A stretch of DNA of 64,000 nt. It comes from Candidatus Omnitrophota bacterium (GTDB taxonomy: Bacteria; Omnitrophota; Omnitrophia; Omnitrophales; Aquincolibacteriaceae). The translations under genes were made by a program, and so were the position numbers. Numbering within the stretch: position 1 is the stretch's first letter; each line of letters starts with the position of its first letter. Positions 1 to 9,306 of the stretch are shown here, in pieces. The stretch spans positions 29,872-93,871 of the forward strand of contig JAUYMS010000012.1 in the NCBI GenBank assembly GCA_030698625.1. Reading direction: 5' to 3'. The notes below the pieces were generated by a model. It was given only the letters and a program-made list of their open reading frames with translations, was not told the DNA's origin and did not search any database.

Positions 1-565
1 TCAAATCCGCCGCAAGTTTGGCATGTTATTTCAAGGGTCCGCCTTGTTCAACTCGATGTCGGTAGGCGATAACGTAGCTTTGCCTCTCCGGGAACATACG
101 GATCTTTCAGATCAAATCATTAAAATTATCGTGAAGGTCAAACTTGAACTCGTGGGCTTGACGGGTTTTGAGGATTTTATGCCTTACGAGATTTCGGGCG
201 GCATGAAGAAAAGGGTGGCTTTGGCCCGCGCCATCGCTTTAGACCCAAAGATCGTTTTTTATGACGAACCGGGCGCGGGGCTTGACCCTATTACTGCGAG
301 CATGATTGATCAGCTCATCCTCGACCTTAGCCAAAAGCTCAAAATTACTTCGGTGGTTGTGACGCACGAGATGAAGAGTGCGTTTCACATTGCGGATAAA
401 ATCATCGTTCTCCATAAAGGGAAGGTGATTCAGACCGGGACTAGCGAAGAAATTCAGAATTCAAAAAATCCTTACGTCAAGCAGTTCATTTCAGGGGAGC
501 CGGACGGTGCGATTCCCCTCAAGCAAACAAGCGAAGAATACTTAAAAGGGTTGCTCGAGACATAG
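1..565 (+). CDS. ABC transporter ATP-binding protein, MlaF/Mkl-like; 5' end lies upstream of the window
   Basis: ABC signature LSGGMKKRVALARA, Walker B FYDEPGAGLD and H-loop VVTHE. Walker A is missing, so the gene starts before position 1. An MCE/MlaD gene follows immediately. Confidence 0.8.
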   Translation, partial: QIRRKFGMLFQGSALFNSMSVGDNVALPLREHTDLSDQIIKIIVKVKLELVGLTGFEDFMPYEISGGMKKRVALARAIALDPKIVFYDEPGAGLDPITASMIDQLILDLSQKLKITSVVVTHEMKSAFHIADKIIVLHKGKVIQTGTSEEIQNSKNPYVKQFISGEPDGAIPLKQTSEEYLKGLLET

Positions 566-583
566 GGCAGCCAGGAGAAAACC

Positions 584-1204
584 ATGGCCTATTCTACAGC
601 CGAAGTGAAATCCGGCGCTCTCATCATCGTCTCTTTTGCCCTGCTGCTAGGGCTCACCTTCTGGGTGGGGAACTTCACAGGGGGGGAAACGCAGAGTTAT
701 CATATTCGCTTTGGCTATATCAGCGGTTTGGAAAGGAATGCGCCCGTTTATTTCGGAGGCCATGAGGTTGGAAAGGTGTCCTCGATACGCATTCACCGCG
801 GTGAAGAGCGTCCCATCGTGGTTACGGTCAGCGTACCCTTGGAAATCGAAATTCGTGAGGGAGACCAGGCTTTTATCGATATGCTAGGAATGATGGGTGA
901 GAAAATCATAGAGATTCGTCCGAGCGCCGCAGCGACCAAGATCTTGTCGAGCGGCGGGCAGCTTGAAGGGACCGATCCTATTCCAATGTATCGTCTGATT
1001 CAGAAAATGGATCTTCTGGCGGACCGCATGGACGAACTAACGACCTCGCTGAATCCCATGATGACTCAGCTCGAGTCTTTACTCTCAGGCCATGAAGAGG
1101 AAATTGCGCGCATGATTGCTAATTTCGAGGAAACTTCCGCCAATATCAGGGATATGACAGGCGATCTCAAGTTCCGTCCCTGGAGATTACTACGCAAAGG
1201 TTGA
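584..1204 (+). CDS. MCE/MlaD family protein (outer membrane lipid asymmetry maintenance-like)
   Basis: N-terminal TM helix followed by an Mce-like beta region (HIRFGYISGLERNAPVYFGGHEVGKV). Sits directly after the ABC ATPase. Confidence 0.65.
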   Translation: MAYSTAEVKSGALIIVSFALLLGLTFWVGNFTGGETQSYHIRFGYISGLERNAPVYFGGHEVGKVSSIRIHRGEERPIVVTVSVPLEIEIREGDQAFIDMLGMMGEKIIEIRPSAAATKILSSGGQLEGTDPIPMYRLIQKMDLLADRMDELTTSLNPMMTQLESLLSGHEEEIARMIANFEETSANIRDMTGDLKFRPWRLLRKG

Positions 1205-1214
1205 GTCGCGGCGA

Positions 1215-3086
1215 ATGATGCGACGCCATCAAAGGGTTATCCAGAACGTTCTCCTGCCGATCGCTGTCTCTCTGTCTCTATTCCTTCTTCACCATTTTCA
1301 ATTCGTCAATTTTCATGAGTTGGGGGCCGTTGATTTGCGCATGCGCCTGCGCGGAAATCGGCCCGCACACGCTGATATCCTTTTAGTCGAAATTGATGAT
1401 AAGAGCCTAGAAGAACTCGGCCCGCGACCATGGCCGCGAGCCCTGCACGCAAGGCTGATCAGCATTCTCGAAAAGTATCAACCTCGCTTTATCGTCTACG
1501 ATGTCTTATTTGCAGAACCCGGACCCTCGGTAAATGAAGACCAGGCTCTGGCCTTGGCTATGGAGAAATCAGCCAATGTCATCTTACCTTTTTATTATTA
1601 TTCAGAGACTCCGTTTAAGGCTTTCTATACTGCGAGACTTTTCCGCGAATCGGCCCGCGCTACGGGGTATGTGAACTTGGAGCCGGACTGGGACGGAAAA
1701 ATTCGTCGCGTCAAAGCCTTTTTGAAGACAGCGGAAGAAACCTATTATCATGTTTCGGTTCTAGCGGTGATGGCACAGTTTGTCGACGAAGAGCGGGCCG
1801 CCCAATGGTTGAATACAATTCCGCGAGATTCTGAAAACCGCTTTGCAATTCATTATCCGGGAAGCCTGGAGTCATTTCAGCGAGTTTCGTCCAGCGATAT
1901 CATTGAAGCAAGGGGGACCGAGCAGGAACCGGAGCTCAGACGGTTGATTGCCAACCGGGTTGTGGTAATCGGCGAGACGGCCACCGGGAGTACCGATACC
2001 AAACCGATCGCCTTTTCGGCGTATTATCCTGGCATGGCGATTCACGCTGCTGCGATATCTACGCTTCTTTCAGGGGATTACCTCAGACCCGTGAGTTCGC
2101 AAGTTCATCTGATCTTGTTGCTAGCACTGACTGTGGGAGTGGCTTGGATGGCGAAATTTTTTGGCCCATCCAAGAGTTTTCTGTGGACGATTTCGATGGT
2201 TGCCGGATACGGCGGTATCAATATCCTCATTTTCCATCTTTCGGGGTGGGTATTGCCCCTTTTTGTCCCGATCGCGGCGATGATTATTACTTACACTTTG
2301 TGGTTCTTTATGGAATACGTAACGGTTACCTTCGAGGGCCAGCTCCTGGGGCAAGAGTTGAACACAGCGGCGCGCATCCAAGAAACGTTTCTGCCGCAAC
2401 AGACCCCGCACTTTGAAAAGCTGGATGTCGCTTTTCACTGCCGATTTGCTGAGCAAGTGGGCGGGGATCTGTATGATTGGAGTGATTTCGGAAACGGGAT
2501 TTATGGCGTTTGTGTCGGGGACGTATCCGGAAAGGGAATCCCTGCGGCTTTGTATATGGCGCGTGCTATCAGTGATTTTCGCCGCGAAGTTCGAGTCGAG
2601 CTCGGTCCTTCCCAGGTGTTCGACACGCTGAACCGTATTCTTGCGCATGGCGGCGTCCCGGGAATGTTTCTTACTATGACTTATGCCTTGATTGATACAA
2701 AAAATAAGAAATTCTCTTACTGCAATGCGGCGCAGGAGCCTTTAGTGCTTTATCGGGAGTCGAAAAAAGACGCAGCGATTGTGACAGGGAAGAGAAATCC
2801 GCCTATCGGAGTATTCACCGACGCCACGTATGAGTTTGATGAATCTCCGATCGGAGAAGGAGATATGCTCGTTTTTTTGAGCGACGGTGTGAAGGAGCTG
2901 CGCAATCGAAAGGGGCAGGAGTTTGGGATGGAGAAAATTCGCTCTTATGTGGGACGCAATGCGTACGACTTTTCGGCAAATGAGATGGTTGTGGGTTTGT
3001 TCGATGAAATGGAGAAATATATGGGCGGTCGGTCCGCAAGAGACGATCGTACGTTGCTTTGTGTTAAGTTCGGAACGCGTTTTTAA
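1215..3086 (+). CDS. CHASE2 sensor domain-containing PP2C serine phosphatase (SpoIIE/RsbU family)
   Basis: N-terminal TM plus a periplasmic CHASE2-like region (LLVEIDDKSLEELGPRPWPR, VVIGETATGSTD), then TM helices and a C-terminal PP2C/SpoIIE domain (GGDLYDW, CVGDVSGKGIPAALYMA, LVFLSDGV). Confidence 0.75.
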   Translation: MMRRHQRVIQNVLLPIAVSLSLFLLHHFQFVNFHELGAVDLRMRLRGNRPAHADILLVEIDDKSLEELGPRPWPRALHARLISILEKYQPRFIVYDVLFAEPGPSVNEDQALALAMEKSANVILPFYYYSETPFKAFYTARLFRESARATGYVNLEPDWDGKIRRVKAFLKTAEETYYHVSVLAVMAQFVDEERAAQWLNTIPRDSENRFAIHYPGSLESFQRVSSSDIIEARGTEQEPELRRLIANRVVVIGETATGSTDTKPIAFSAYYPGMAIHAAAISTLLSGDYLRPVSSQVHLILLLALTVGVAWMAKFFGPSKSFLWTISMVAGYGGINILIFHLSGWVLPLFVPIAAMIITYTLWFFMEYVTVTFEGQLLGQELNTAARIQETFLPQQTPHFEKLDVAFHCRFAEQVGGDLYDWSDFGNGIYGVCVGDVSGKGIPAALYMARAISDFRREVRVELGPSQVFDTLNRILAHGGVPGMFLTMTYALIDTKNKKFSYCNAAQEPLVLYRESKKDAAIVTGKRNPPIGVFTDATYEFDESPIGEGDMLVFLSDGVKELRNRKGQEFGMEKIRSYVGRNAYDFSANEMVVGLFDEMEKYMGGRSARDDRTLLCVKFGTRF

Positions 3087-3097
3087 GGGAGGCTACT

Positions 3098-3457
3098 ATG
3101 GCTAAACGTTTGAGGGTTGTATCCGCGATGGGACTTATTGCGGCACTGCTTTTTTTCTCGGTTACTGCGCATGCTGGGGAGGAAACCCTTGGGGATTATA
3201 GCGCAGAAATCGGCACCAAATTTGGACGAGGGCTTGTAAATATCGTATCCAGTCTTGCCGAAATTCCCTGTACCATAGCCGATGATGTAAAAGACACCGG
3301 CGCGGTTGGTTCCATCACCGGTTTTGGGAAGGGACTCGCTTTCATGCTTCGCCGTATTCTTGTCGGGGTAACGGAAGTTGGAACTTTCATGATCCCCATG
3401 GAAAGGACCATCCCGCCGGTCTGTCAGAGCCCATCACCGTCTATCGCACAGCAATAG
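3098..3457 (+). CDS. small secreted protein, TIGR04073-like putative exosortase-system-associated protein
   Basis: Signal peptide, and motifs GRGLVNIVSSLAEIP and VGVTEVGTFMIP. These resemble, from memory, the GRGxxNxxxGxxEIP / GxxExxTFPxP signature of TIGR04073. Has an RBS (GGGAGG). Confidence 0.45.
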   Translation: MAKRLRVVSAMGLIAALLFFSVTAHAGEETLGDYSAEIGTKFGRGLVNIVSSLAEIPCTIADDVKDTGAVGSITGFGKGLAFMLRRILVGVTEVGTFMIPMERTIPPVCQSPSPSIAQQ

Positions 3458-3465
3458 GTCATTGT

Positions 3466-4197
3466 GTGATACGAGAATTCCTGGAAGCGGCAAAATTTTT
3501 GACGGCCATACCGTTGCCGTCTGCGAGACACTCAGCTAAGCGTTTGGCTAAAGGGGCGCTCTTCTTCCCTGTTATCGGCCTTCTTATCGGAGTCCTATCA
3601 GTCGGTCTATACCTTCTGTTGAAACCGTTCGTCATCACCCCAGTCGCAGACTTTATCTTGCTCGCAATGCCCATTTTGCTGAGTGGGGGACTGCATTTGG
3701 ACGGATTGGCCGATACTTGTGATGGTTTTTTTGGCGGACGCACGCGTGAGGATGTGTTGCGTATCATGAAAGATTCGCGGCTGGGCGTGTGGGGGGTGGC
3801 GGGGGTCGTGGGACTGCTTTTGCTGAAGTTCGAGCTCTTGCAGGCATTGCCGTCAAAACTCCCGGTTTTTGTTCTGGCCCTTGTTCTCTCGCGCTGGGCT
3901 CAGGTCGTCTTATGCTATTTCATGTCGTATGCCGGAAACGGCGGCGGACTTGCCGATTCTGTGGTCGGCCATATCGGCATTCGGGAGCTGGTCGGCGCAA
4001 GTTTTTTTATGTGTCTCGGAGTCATAGTCCTGTCGTGGCCGGGTTTCCTGTGCCTGCTGGCCGTGATCATCCTGCTAGGGGTGCTCGGCTTTTTGTATCA
4101 GCAGCGAATAGGCGGCACAACGGGCGATACCGTGGGTGCTGCCAGCGAACTCATTGAGGTGCTTACCTTCCTCGTTGTGACGAGTATCTACCGCTGA
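3466..4197 (+). CDS. cobS: adenosylcobinamide-GDP ribazoletransferase (cobalamin synthase)
   Basis: Polytopic membrane protein with LTAIPLP and GGLHLDGLADTCDG motifs typical of CobS. Confidence 0.85.
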   Translation: MIREFLEAAKFLTAIPLPSARHSAKRLAKGALFFPVIGLLIGVLSVGLYLLLKPFVITPVADFILLAMPILLSGGLHLDGLADTCDGFFGGRTREDVLRIMKDSRLGVWGVAGVVGLLLLKFELLQALPSKLPVFVLALVLSRWAQVVLCYFMSYAGNGGGLADSVVGHIGIRELVGASFFMCLGVIVLSWPGFLCLLAVIILLGVLGFLYQQRIGGTTGDTVGAASELIEVLTFLVVTSIYR

Positions 4198-4226
4198 CCC
4201 CCTAGATCTGTTATTATGCACCTCCT

Positions 4227-5333
4227 ATGGCCTTATTGTCCCATGGTGGTGATCTGAAGTCGTTTGCGGAGCGGTATGGGCTCCGCGAAGATGAAATACG
4301 CGATTTTTCGAGTAATCGAAATCCCCTTGGCTTGCCGGACACCGTCGAAAAACTATTCCCTCATTTGCTAAAAGACCTTGGGCGTCATCCGGATCCGGAG
4401 GCCCGCGATCTGAGATGCGAAATTGCCCGAAAATATCCTCTCTGGCCCGAGAATGTAATTGCCGGCAACGGGTCAATTGCGATATTGCTCCTGGCGTTGC
4501 GCACGCTCGGGTCCCGACGTGCATTGTTAATCGAACCTTGTTTCTCCGAATATCGCCGCTTGCTCAATCAAGTCGGTGCTGAAATTCACAGTGTTCCACT
4601 CAAAGAGAGCGAGGGGTTTGGGTTTTCAGTTTCTCGGATTATAAACGCCATGCGCGGAGTGGATCTGCTGATCCTCGGACATCCGAACAATCCTACAGGA
4701 ACTGCGCTTTCACGCGCAGAGCTTCTCGAAGTTATCAGCGAAGCGCGCAGGCTCAGCGTTTTTGTGATTATCGATGAGGCCTTTGTTGATTGGTGCCCGG
4801 AATTGTCGATTGCCCAGGAAGTAAAGGACAACTCGTATTTTCTCATATTGCGTTCCATGACCAAGTTTTATTCATTGCCCGGCATTCGGGCCGGATACGC
4901 GCTTGGTTCCCGCAAACTCATCGAAAAGATGGCTTATGCTCAGGAAACTTGGTCCTGTAATCGAATTGCGCAGCGACTCGCGATTGAAGCCCTGCGGGAT
5001 CAGACTTTTCAGTCTCGCAGTCTCGAATGGTTTGAGAAGGAGTCAAAGTGGTTTCGCTCGACGATTGAACAGTCATCTGAATACAGGATTTTCCCGAGTT
5101 GGGCGAATTTCTTCCTTATCAAGCAAAAGCGTTCAGCGGAGCGAAAGGGGTTTTTTGACGACATGGGTCGCTCGGGAATTTATTTGCGAGAACTCCACCT
5201 TTTTCCCGGGCTAGGGCATGCTTATTTCCGAGCGGCACTCGGCTTGCGTTCAGACAATGAACTGTTGATAAGTCGTCTGGAAGAATGGGCCTGTCAAACT
5301 TCTCTGGCTCAGAGCCCCACCGCCGCCGTCTGA
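4227..5333 (+). CDS. cobD: L-threonine-O-3-phosphate decarboxylase (CobD; PLP-dependent aminotransferase class I/II fold)
   Basis: N-terminal HGGD motif. FSSNRNPLG, AGNGS, HPNNPTG, IDEAFVDW and LRSMTKFYSLPGIRAGY are collinear with Salmonella CobD. Confidence 0.8.
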   Translation: MALLSHGGDLKSFAERYGLREDEIRDFSSNRNPLGLPDTVEKLFPHLLKDLGRHPDPEARDLRCEIARKYPLWPENVIAGNGSIAILLLALRTLGSRRALLIEPCFSEYRRLLNQVGAEIHSVPLKESEGFGFSVSRIINAMRGVDLLILGHPNNPTGTALSRAELLEVISEARRLSVFVIIDEAFVDWCPELSIAQEVKDNSYFLILRSMTKFYSLPGIRAGYALGSRKLIEKMAYAQETWSCNRIAQRLAIEALRDQTFQSRSLEWFEKESKWFRSTIEQSSEYRIFPSWANFFLIKQKRSAERKGFFDDMGRSGIYLRELHLFPGLGHAYFRAALGLRSDNELLISRLEEWACQTSLAQSPTAAV

Positions 5334-5365
5334 CCAGTTTCGTGGACGTAACCTCTCTTATTCTC

Positions 5366-6292
5366 ATGGGTGCTTTTCTGGCGGATTGGTTTCTCGGCGA
5401 TCCCGTATACCGCTATCATCCTATCCGTCTCATGGGCAGGGCGATTACGTGGGGCGAGAACCGCATTCGCGGGGTCCTCTCACATACGTTTCTAGAGGGT
5501 GCGGTTTTGGCGCTGTTGTTTCCGGTTATTGTTTTTGGCATATCCGCACTAATCGTTACGCTCTCTTACCGGATTCACTTCGGCCTAGGGTTTTTGGTTT
5601 CTCTCTATGGCATCTATACTGCGCTTTCCGTCAAAGACCTTCGCGATGAAGGACTTCGTGTCTACCGTGCCTGTTGCGAAGAAGACCTGGGTTTGGCGCG
5701 TCGCGAGGTCTCGAGAATCGTGGGGCGCGATACGGCAGATATGCAGCTTCCGGATGTGCAGCGCGCCGCCGTCGAAACGATCGCCGAGAGTACCGTTGAC
5801 GGCGTGATTGCCCCATTGTTTTATGCGGTCCTTGGAGGAGCGCCGCTGGCCTTAACTTACAAAGCTGTGAATACATTGGATTCAATAATCGGAAATCGTA
5901 ACGAAAAATATCACGAGTTCGGCCGTTTTGCAGCCAAGCAGGACGAAGTCTGGAATTGGGTCCCGTCGAGGTTCTCCTACGTTTTGATTGCCTTGGCAGC
6001 GTTGCTGAGTGGTTGCCGAGGAGCGTGTGCCTTAAAAGTAGGTTGGAGCCATGTTTGTAAAATTCGTTCGACAAGCAGCAATGTGAGCGAATCCGCGTAC
6101 GCGGGTGCACTCGGTCTACAACTGGGTGGGCCAAGCCGCTATGGCGGACAAATCAGGCACAAACCGCTTCTGGGAATCGCTGATCGAGATGTGGCATGCG
6201 CGGATATCCTAAGGAGTCTGCGTCTCATGCGGTCTACAGCTTGGGTATCATTGATTTTATTTCTTTTTTTAAGATATACTATGTCCTTATGA
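5366..6292 (+). CDS. cbiB: adenosylcobinamide-phosphate synthase CbiB (alternative in-frame starts at 5285 or 5342)
   Basis: FLADWFLGDPVYRYHPIRLMGRAI and VDGVIAPLFYAVLGG motifs in a membrane protein. I chose the ATG at 5366 to avoid overlap with cobD. Confidence 0.8.
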   Translation: MGAFLADWFLGDPVYRYHPIRLMGRAITWGENRIRGVLSHTFLEGAVLALLFPVIVFGISALIVTLSYRIHFGLGFLVSLYGIYTALSVKDLRDEGLRVYRACCEEDLGLARREVSRIVGRDTADMQLPDVQRAAVETIAESTVDGVIAPLFYAVLGGAPLALTYKAVNTLDSIIGNRNEKYHEFGRFAAKQDEVWNWVPSRFSYVLIALAALLSGCRGACALKVGWSHVCKIRSTSSNVSESAYAGALGLQLGGPSRYGGQIRHKPLLGIADRDVACADILRSLRLMRSTAWVSLILFLFLRYTMSL

Positions 6293-6600
6293 AGCGCGCC
6301 TATATTGTCTTATCCAATAGTTCGGCCAAGCGGGGATTGGAAGCGCGGCGCGTCCTTTTGGAACACGCCGATGCCGGCGGTGATACCTGTATCGAAGTGG
6401 TTTCAAAAGGTGCTGATACTGCCTATTTTGAGAAGGCTGTGCGGCGCTGTATCAAGCGGGGATTTGAGAGCATGTTTATTTTTTCACTCGGTAAGTTAAC
6501 GCGGACACAAGAATGCGGAGTTTATCCGGAGACTGTGCGATTGATTCGCCGTGAACGCCCCGATATCGATTTTCATTTTGCCGGCCGGCTACGAATGTAA
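6289..6600 (+). CDS. CbiX/SirB-like small protein, possibly degenerate (catalytic His positions not conserved)
   Basis: ATGA overlap with the cbiB stop. About 104 aa with the alternating beta-alpha pattern of short CbiX, but SNS sits where HGS is expected and there is no G-H motif. Homology is weak. Confidence 0.3.
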   Translation: MKRAYIVLSNSSAKRGLEARRVLLEHADAGGDTCIEVVSKGADTAYFEKAVRRCIKRGFESMFIFSLGKLTRTQECGVYPETVRLIRRERPDIDFHFAGRLRM

Positions 6601-6612
6601 GGAAAGTTACTT

Positions 6613-6942
6613 ATGAGTGATAATCCATCCGTCACTGCTTATAAAAAACATGTATTTGTCTGCACGGGACCGCGTTGTGCTCCTGAGGAAGGTTCACGAC
6701 TCTATAAACGGTTCAAGGAGCGGCTCAAGGAGCTCGGACTACACGAAGGGCCCGATAGGATAGCTCGCAGCCAGGCCCATTGTTTCGGTATATGTAAGGG
6801 GGGTCCCTTAGCGGTCGTCTATCCCGAAGGTGTTTGGTATCATCACCTTACCGATGAATTGATGGATCGGGTGATCGAGGAACATTTGAGGCAGGGAAAG
6901 CCGGTGGAGGAGGGGGTCTTTCATGTCCAAGACTCTGAATAG
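6613..6942 (+). CDS. thioredoxin-like [2Fe-2S] ferredoxin
   Basis: Four Cys in a C-x4-C ... C-x3-C arrangement (CTGPRCAPEEG ... CFGICKGGP), which is the NuoE/Fdx4-like thioredoxin-fold ferredoxin pattern. Confidence 0.6.
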   Translation: MSDNPSVTAYKKHVFVCTGPRCAPEEGSRLYKRFKERLKELGLHEGPDRIARSQAHCFGICKGGPLAVVYPEGVWYHHLTDELMDRVIEEHLRQGKPVEEGVFHVQDSE

Positions 6943-7177
6943 GTGCCTATACCTAGTCATTAGTGGTGTCCTGTTGAGTAATCCCGTATGGGCAGAGGTT
7001 GAGGCAATTCCGGCTTCCTGGCAGCAGATCACGGTTTCTCTGGAGCGCAGCCAGCTTCGGGCCGGCAGAATCCAGAAGAAGTCGCGTGAGGCCCTTGCGA
7101 TTTGTGACGAAATCTTGGAGGAAATCGACCAACTTCAGGTATGGTCCCGCCGCTACACGCGCAAGAAGAGCCCCTAG
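6923..7177 (+). CDS. hypothetical small secreted protein
   Basis: An 84-aa ORF with a signal-peptide-like N-terminus. It overlaps the ferredoxin 3' end by 20 nt. I recognise no domain. Confidence 0.25.
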   Translation: MSKTLNRCLYLVISGVLLSNPVWAEVEAIPASWQQITVSLERSQLRAGRIQKKSREALAICDEILEEIDQLQVWSRRYTRKKSP

Positions 7178-7199
7178 CGCTATTTGGTCAGGTTGCGCC

Positions 7200-7227
7200 T
7201 TGACTGAAGGGGCGTGATGGCTATAAT
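7200..7227 (+). promoter_or_regulatory. sigma70-like promoter: TTGACT, 16-nt spacer, TATAAT
   Basis: TTGACT at 7200-7205 and TATAAT at 7222-7227, about 28 nt upstream of the ATG at 7256. Confidence 0.5.
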
Positions 7228-7255
7228 ATTCGTCTGTTCATTGTGAGGAGAGAAG

Positions 7256-7603
7256 ATGACGATTTCGACCGACGGTGAAACCGAATCCAAACAAGATCCT
7301 GAACTTCAGGATGGCAAATTTTTTGCAGCGATAGGCTATCTCAGCATCCTCTGTTTCGTGCCTTTGTCGCTAAAAAAGAACAATAAATTTGCTCAATTTC
7401 ACGGTAAACAAGCTCTGGTTTTATTTATCCTGGAGCTTGCCGCAAGCATCCTCAAGGTCGTGCCCGCCTTAGGCGATCTCATCTTTACGGTTGCTTTTGT
7501 CGTCTTCGGCATTCTCTCTCTGATCGGAATCACCAAGGTTCTGATGGGAGAATTTTGGGAAATGCCTGTGATCTCAGACATCGCCAGCAAGATATCTCTC
7601 TAA
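7256..7603 (+). CDS. DUF4870-like small membrane protein
   Basis: Two TM helices and the YLSILCFVPL...FHGKQALVLFI pattern that I associate with DUF4870. Confidence 0.5.
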   Translation: MTISTDGETESKQDPELQDGKFFAAIGYLSILCFVPLSLKKNNKFAQFHGKQALVLFILELAASILKVVPALGDLIFTVAFVVFGILSLIGITKVLMGEFWEMPVISDIASKISL

Positions 7604-7647
7604 AGTAGTTTCGTTTCTGACCTACCGTTGTCCCTATACATCGCGTC

Positions 7648-9306
7648 ATGGGGAAAGGACTTTTTTGCATGCTTCTCGGTAACAAAAAAACACAGAGAGA
7701 GGAACAGAACTGGTGTATTGTTCTGAGCCCGCTCCGCAATGAGATCGACAAGAAGAGAGTTTCCCGAAAGATATCGGGTGTCTTTTCGCTGTCTGCCGAA
7801 GAGGCTACCGATCTTGTTTCCAATACCCCGATCATTCTTCTCGATAATTTAACGCGTTCGGTTGCGGTAGAAATCAAAGAATATTTTCGGTCCGCCGGCG
7901 CGGAAATGATTCTTACCAACGACGTTTTTCTCAAGAGAAAGTGCTACCGAACAGTATGGCCGGAACCTCCGAATTTATCATTTTTGAATCAAAAATCCCA
8001 AGAAACGTCAGGCCTGCAAAGGCCGCCTGTCGAAGCCGAAGAAGTTCTAAACCCCGAAGATGCTTTGGCTCAAATTCGCACGCTTTCCGCCGAGGCGCCT
8101 CGGAAGCCAGAAGCAACGCCGATTCCCCAGTCGTATGGAATGCGTGATTCCGAGCGGCAAGATCTTCTTGAGGAAGCCGATAGGTGGCGTCGCGAGTGCA
8201 CTGCTCGCCGGGTAGAGATCGAGAAGTTGCAGCATCAACTTGAGCAGGCGACAAAACAGTTATCGATCCAGCAGTTGCCGTCACTCGACCAGACGGCCAC
8301 GCTTAAGGAGAGAGAAAAGGAAATCGCTGACATGCGGGGTCTTCTGACCAGCTCGCAGGAGAAATATGATGCACTGCGTGAGGAATATCGCGAGACCCGC
8401 GCCTTGCTGGAAGAGAAGGTGGCTGGTGCTAACGAGGATAAAGATCGTGAATCACGGACAACTCGGGATTTGATGCGGAAGTGGGAATCCTCACGGGATA
8501 TGGTTCGCGATGTCGAGGTCAAGATCGCCGAGAGCGAAAGTGCGAGGGTTGAGTTGATGAACTCTCTTGCCGAACTGCAAGGCAGAATCGATCAGGCGGA
8601 AGAAAAGATTAATATTCTGGAGCGAGCCAAAGAAAGCTTGGAGCGGGCGCTGAATGAGCAGACTGAGCTTGCTTCCTCATGGCGGGAGCGGTTCGAAGGA
8701 CTAAACGGAAAATTTGATTCTCTCAATGCCGAGCAGAACGAGGAGAGACTCAGGCGCGAAGATGAGCTGGTGAAGATCCGCGAGATCGAGCTAGAAAAAG
8801 ATGATCTCTCAAATAAGCTTGCCGACAGTCAACGGCGTTACGACGATGTTGAGATGAAGTTGCGGGAGTCCCAGAATACGGTTGATCATCTTTTGCGCGA
8901 AAAAGAGGAACAGGAGAGTCTTGCTCAGGAGCAGTGGAGCAATCGCCAGGAGCGTGAGCGTGAGCTGGAGGAGACCAGGCGCCAGCTGCGTACGATCAAT
9001 TTCCAGGCGGAGCAGCGTGAAGCCGCTAATAAGCGGACCTACATGGCCAATCGCATTGCCGAAAGGGAAATGCAATTAAAGAAATTGGTGCGCGAGCAAG
9101 AAAGAATCGAGTCCGAGATCAGAGATCGTGAGCAGTCTATGCGTGAGACCCTCTCGGAGCAGGAGCGCTTGGAAAAGGAAATTGTGGAGTGTAAACAGAC
9201 CCAGCGTCATCTCGTGGAGCAGGTCAAGAAGGAAAAACTTCCTCGCTTGCGCGTTACTAAAACAGAAAATGGTGCGAATATGTCTGAGCAGACGGAGGGT
9301 GTATGA
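7648..9306 (+). CDS. long coiled-coil protein with N-terminal ribosomal L7/L12 C-terminal-domain-like module
   Basis: Residues ~45-90 (LSAEEATDLVSNTPIILLDNLTRSVAVEIKEYFRSAGAEMIL) resemble the L7/L12 CTD (EAKDLVEgaPkavkegvskeEAeeiKkkLeeAGAeVel). The remaining ~450 aa is E/R/K/L/Q-rich heptad-like sequence. Confidence 0.55.
   Translation: MGKGLFCMLLGNKKTQREEQNWCIVLSPLRNEIDKKRVSRKISGVFSLSAEEATDLVSNTPIILLDNLTRSVAVEIKEYFRSAGAEMILTNDVFLKRKCYRTVWPEPPNLSFLNQKSQETSGLQRPPVEAEEVLNPEDALAQIRTLSAEAPRKPEATPIPQSYGMRDSERQDLLEEADRWRRECTARRVEIEKLQHQLEQATKQLSIQQLPSLDQTATLKEREKEIADMRGLLTSSQEKYDALREEYRETRALLEEKVAGANEDKDRESRTTRDLMRKWESSRDMVRDVEVKIAESESARVELMNSLAELQGRIDQAEEKINILERAKESLERALNEQTELASSWRERFEGLNGKFDSLNAEQNEERLRREDELVKIREIELEKDDLSNKLADSQRRYDDVEMKLRESQNTVDHLLREKEEQESLAQEQWSNRQERERELEETRRQLRTINFQAEQREAANKRTYMANRIAEREMQLKKLVREQERIESEIRDREQSMRETLSEQERLEKEIVECKQTQRHLVEQVKKEKLPRLRVTKTENGANMSEQTEGV

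Noticed and set aside
2121-2648. 175-aa minus-strand ORF and several short + frame ORFs inside the CHASE2-PP2C gene
   Set aside because: They overlap a gene with clear domain evidence, and none has a domain of its own.
7648-9306. Coiled-coil protein as an SMC/chromosome-partition protein
   Set aside because: It has no Walker A/B or hinge motifs and is only 552 aa. It is better described as a generic coiled-coil scaffold.
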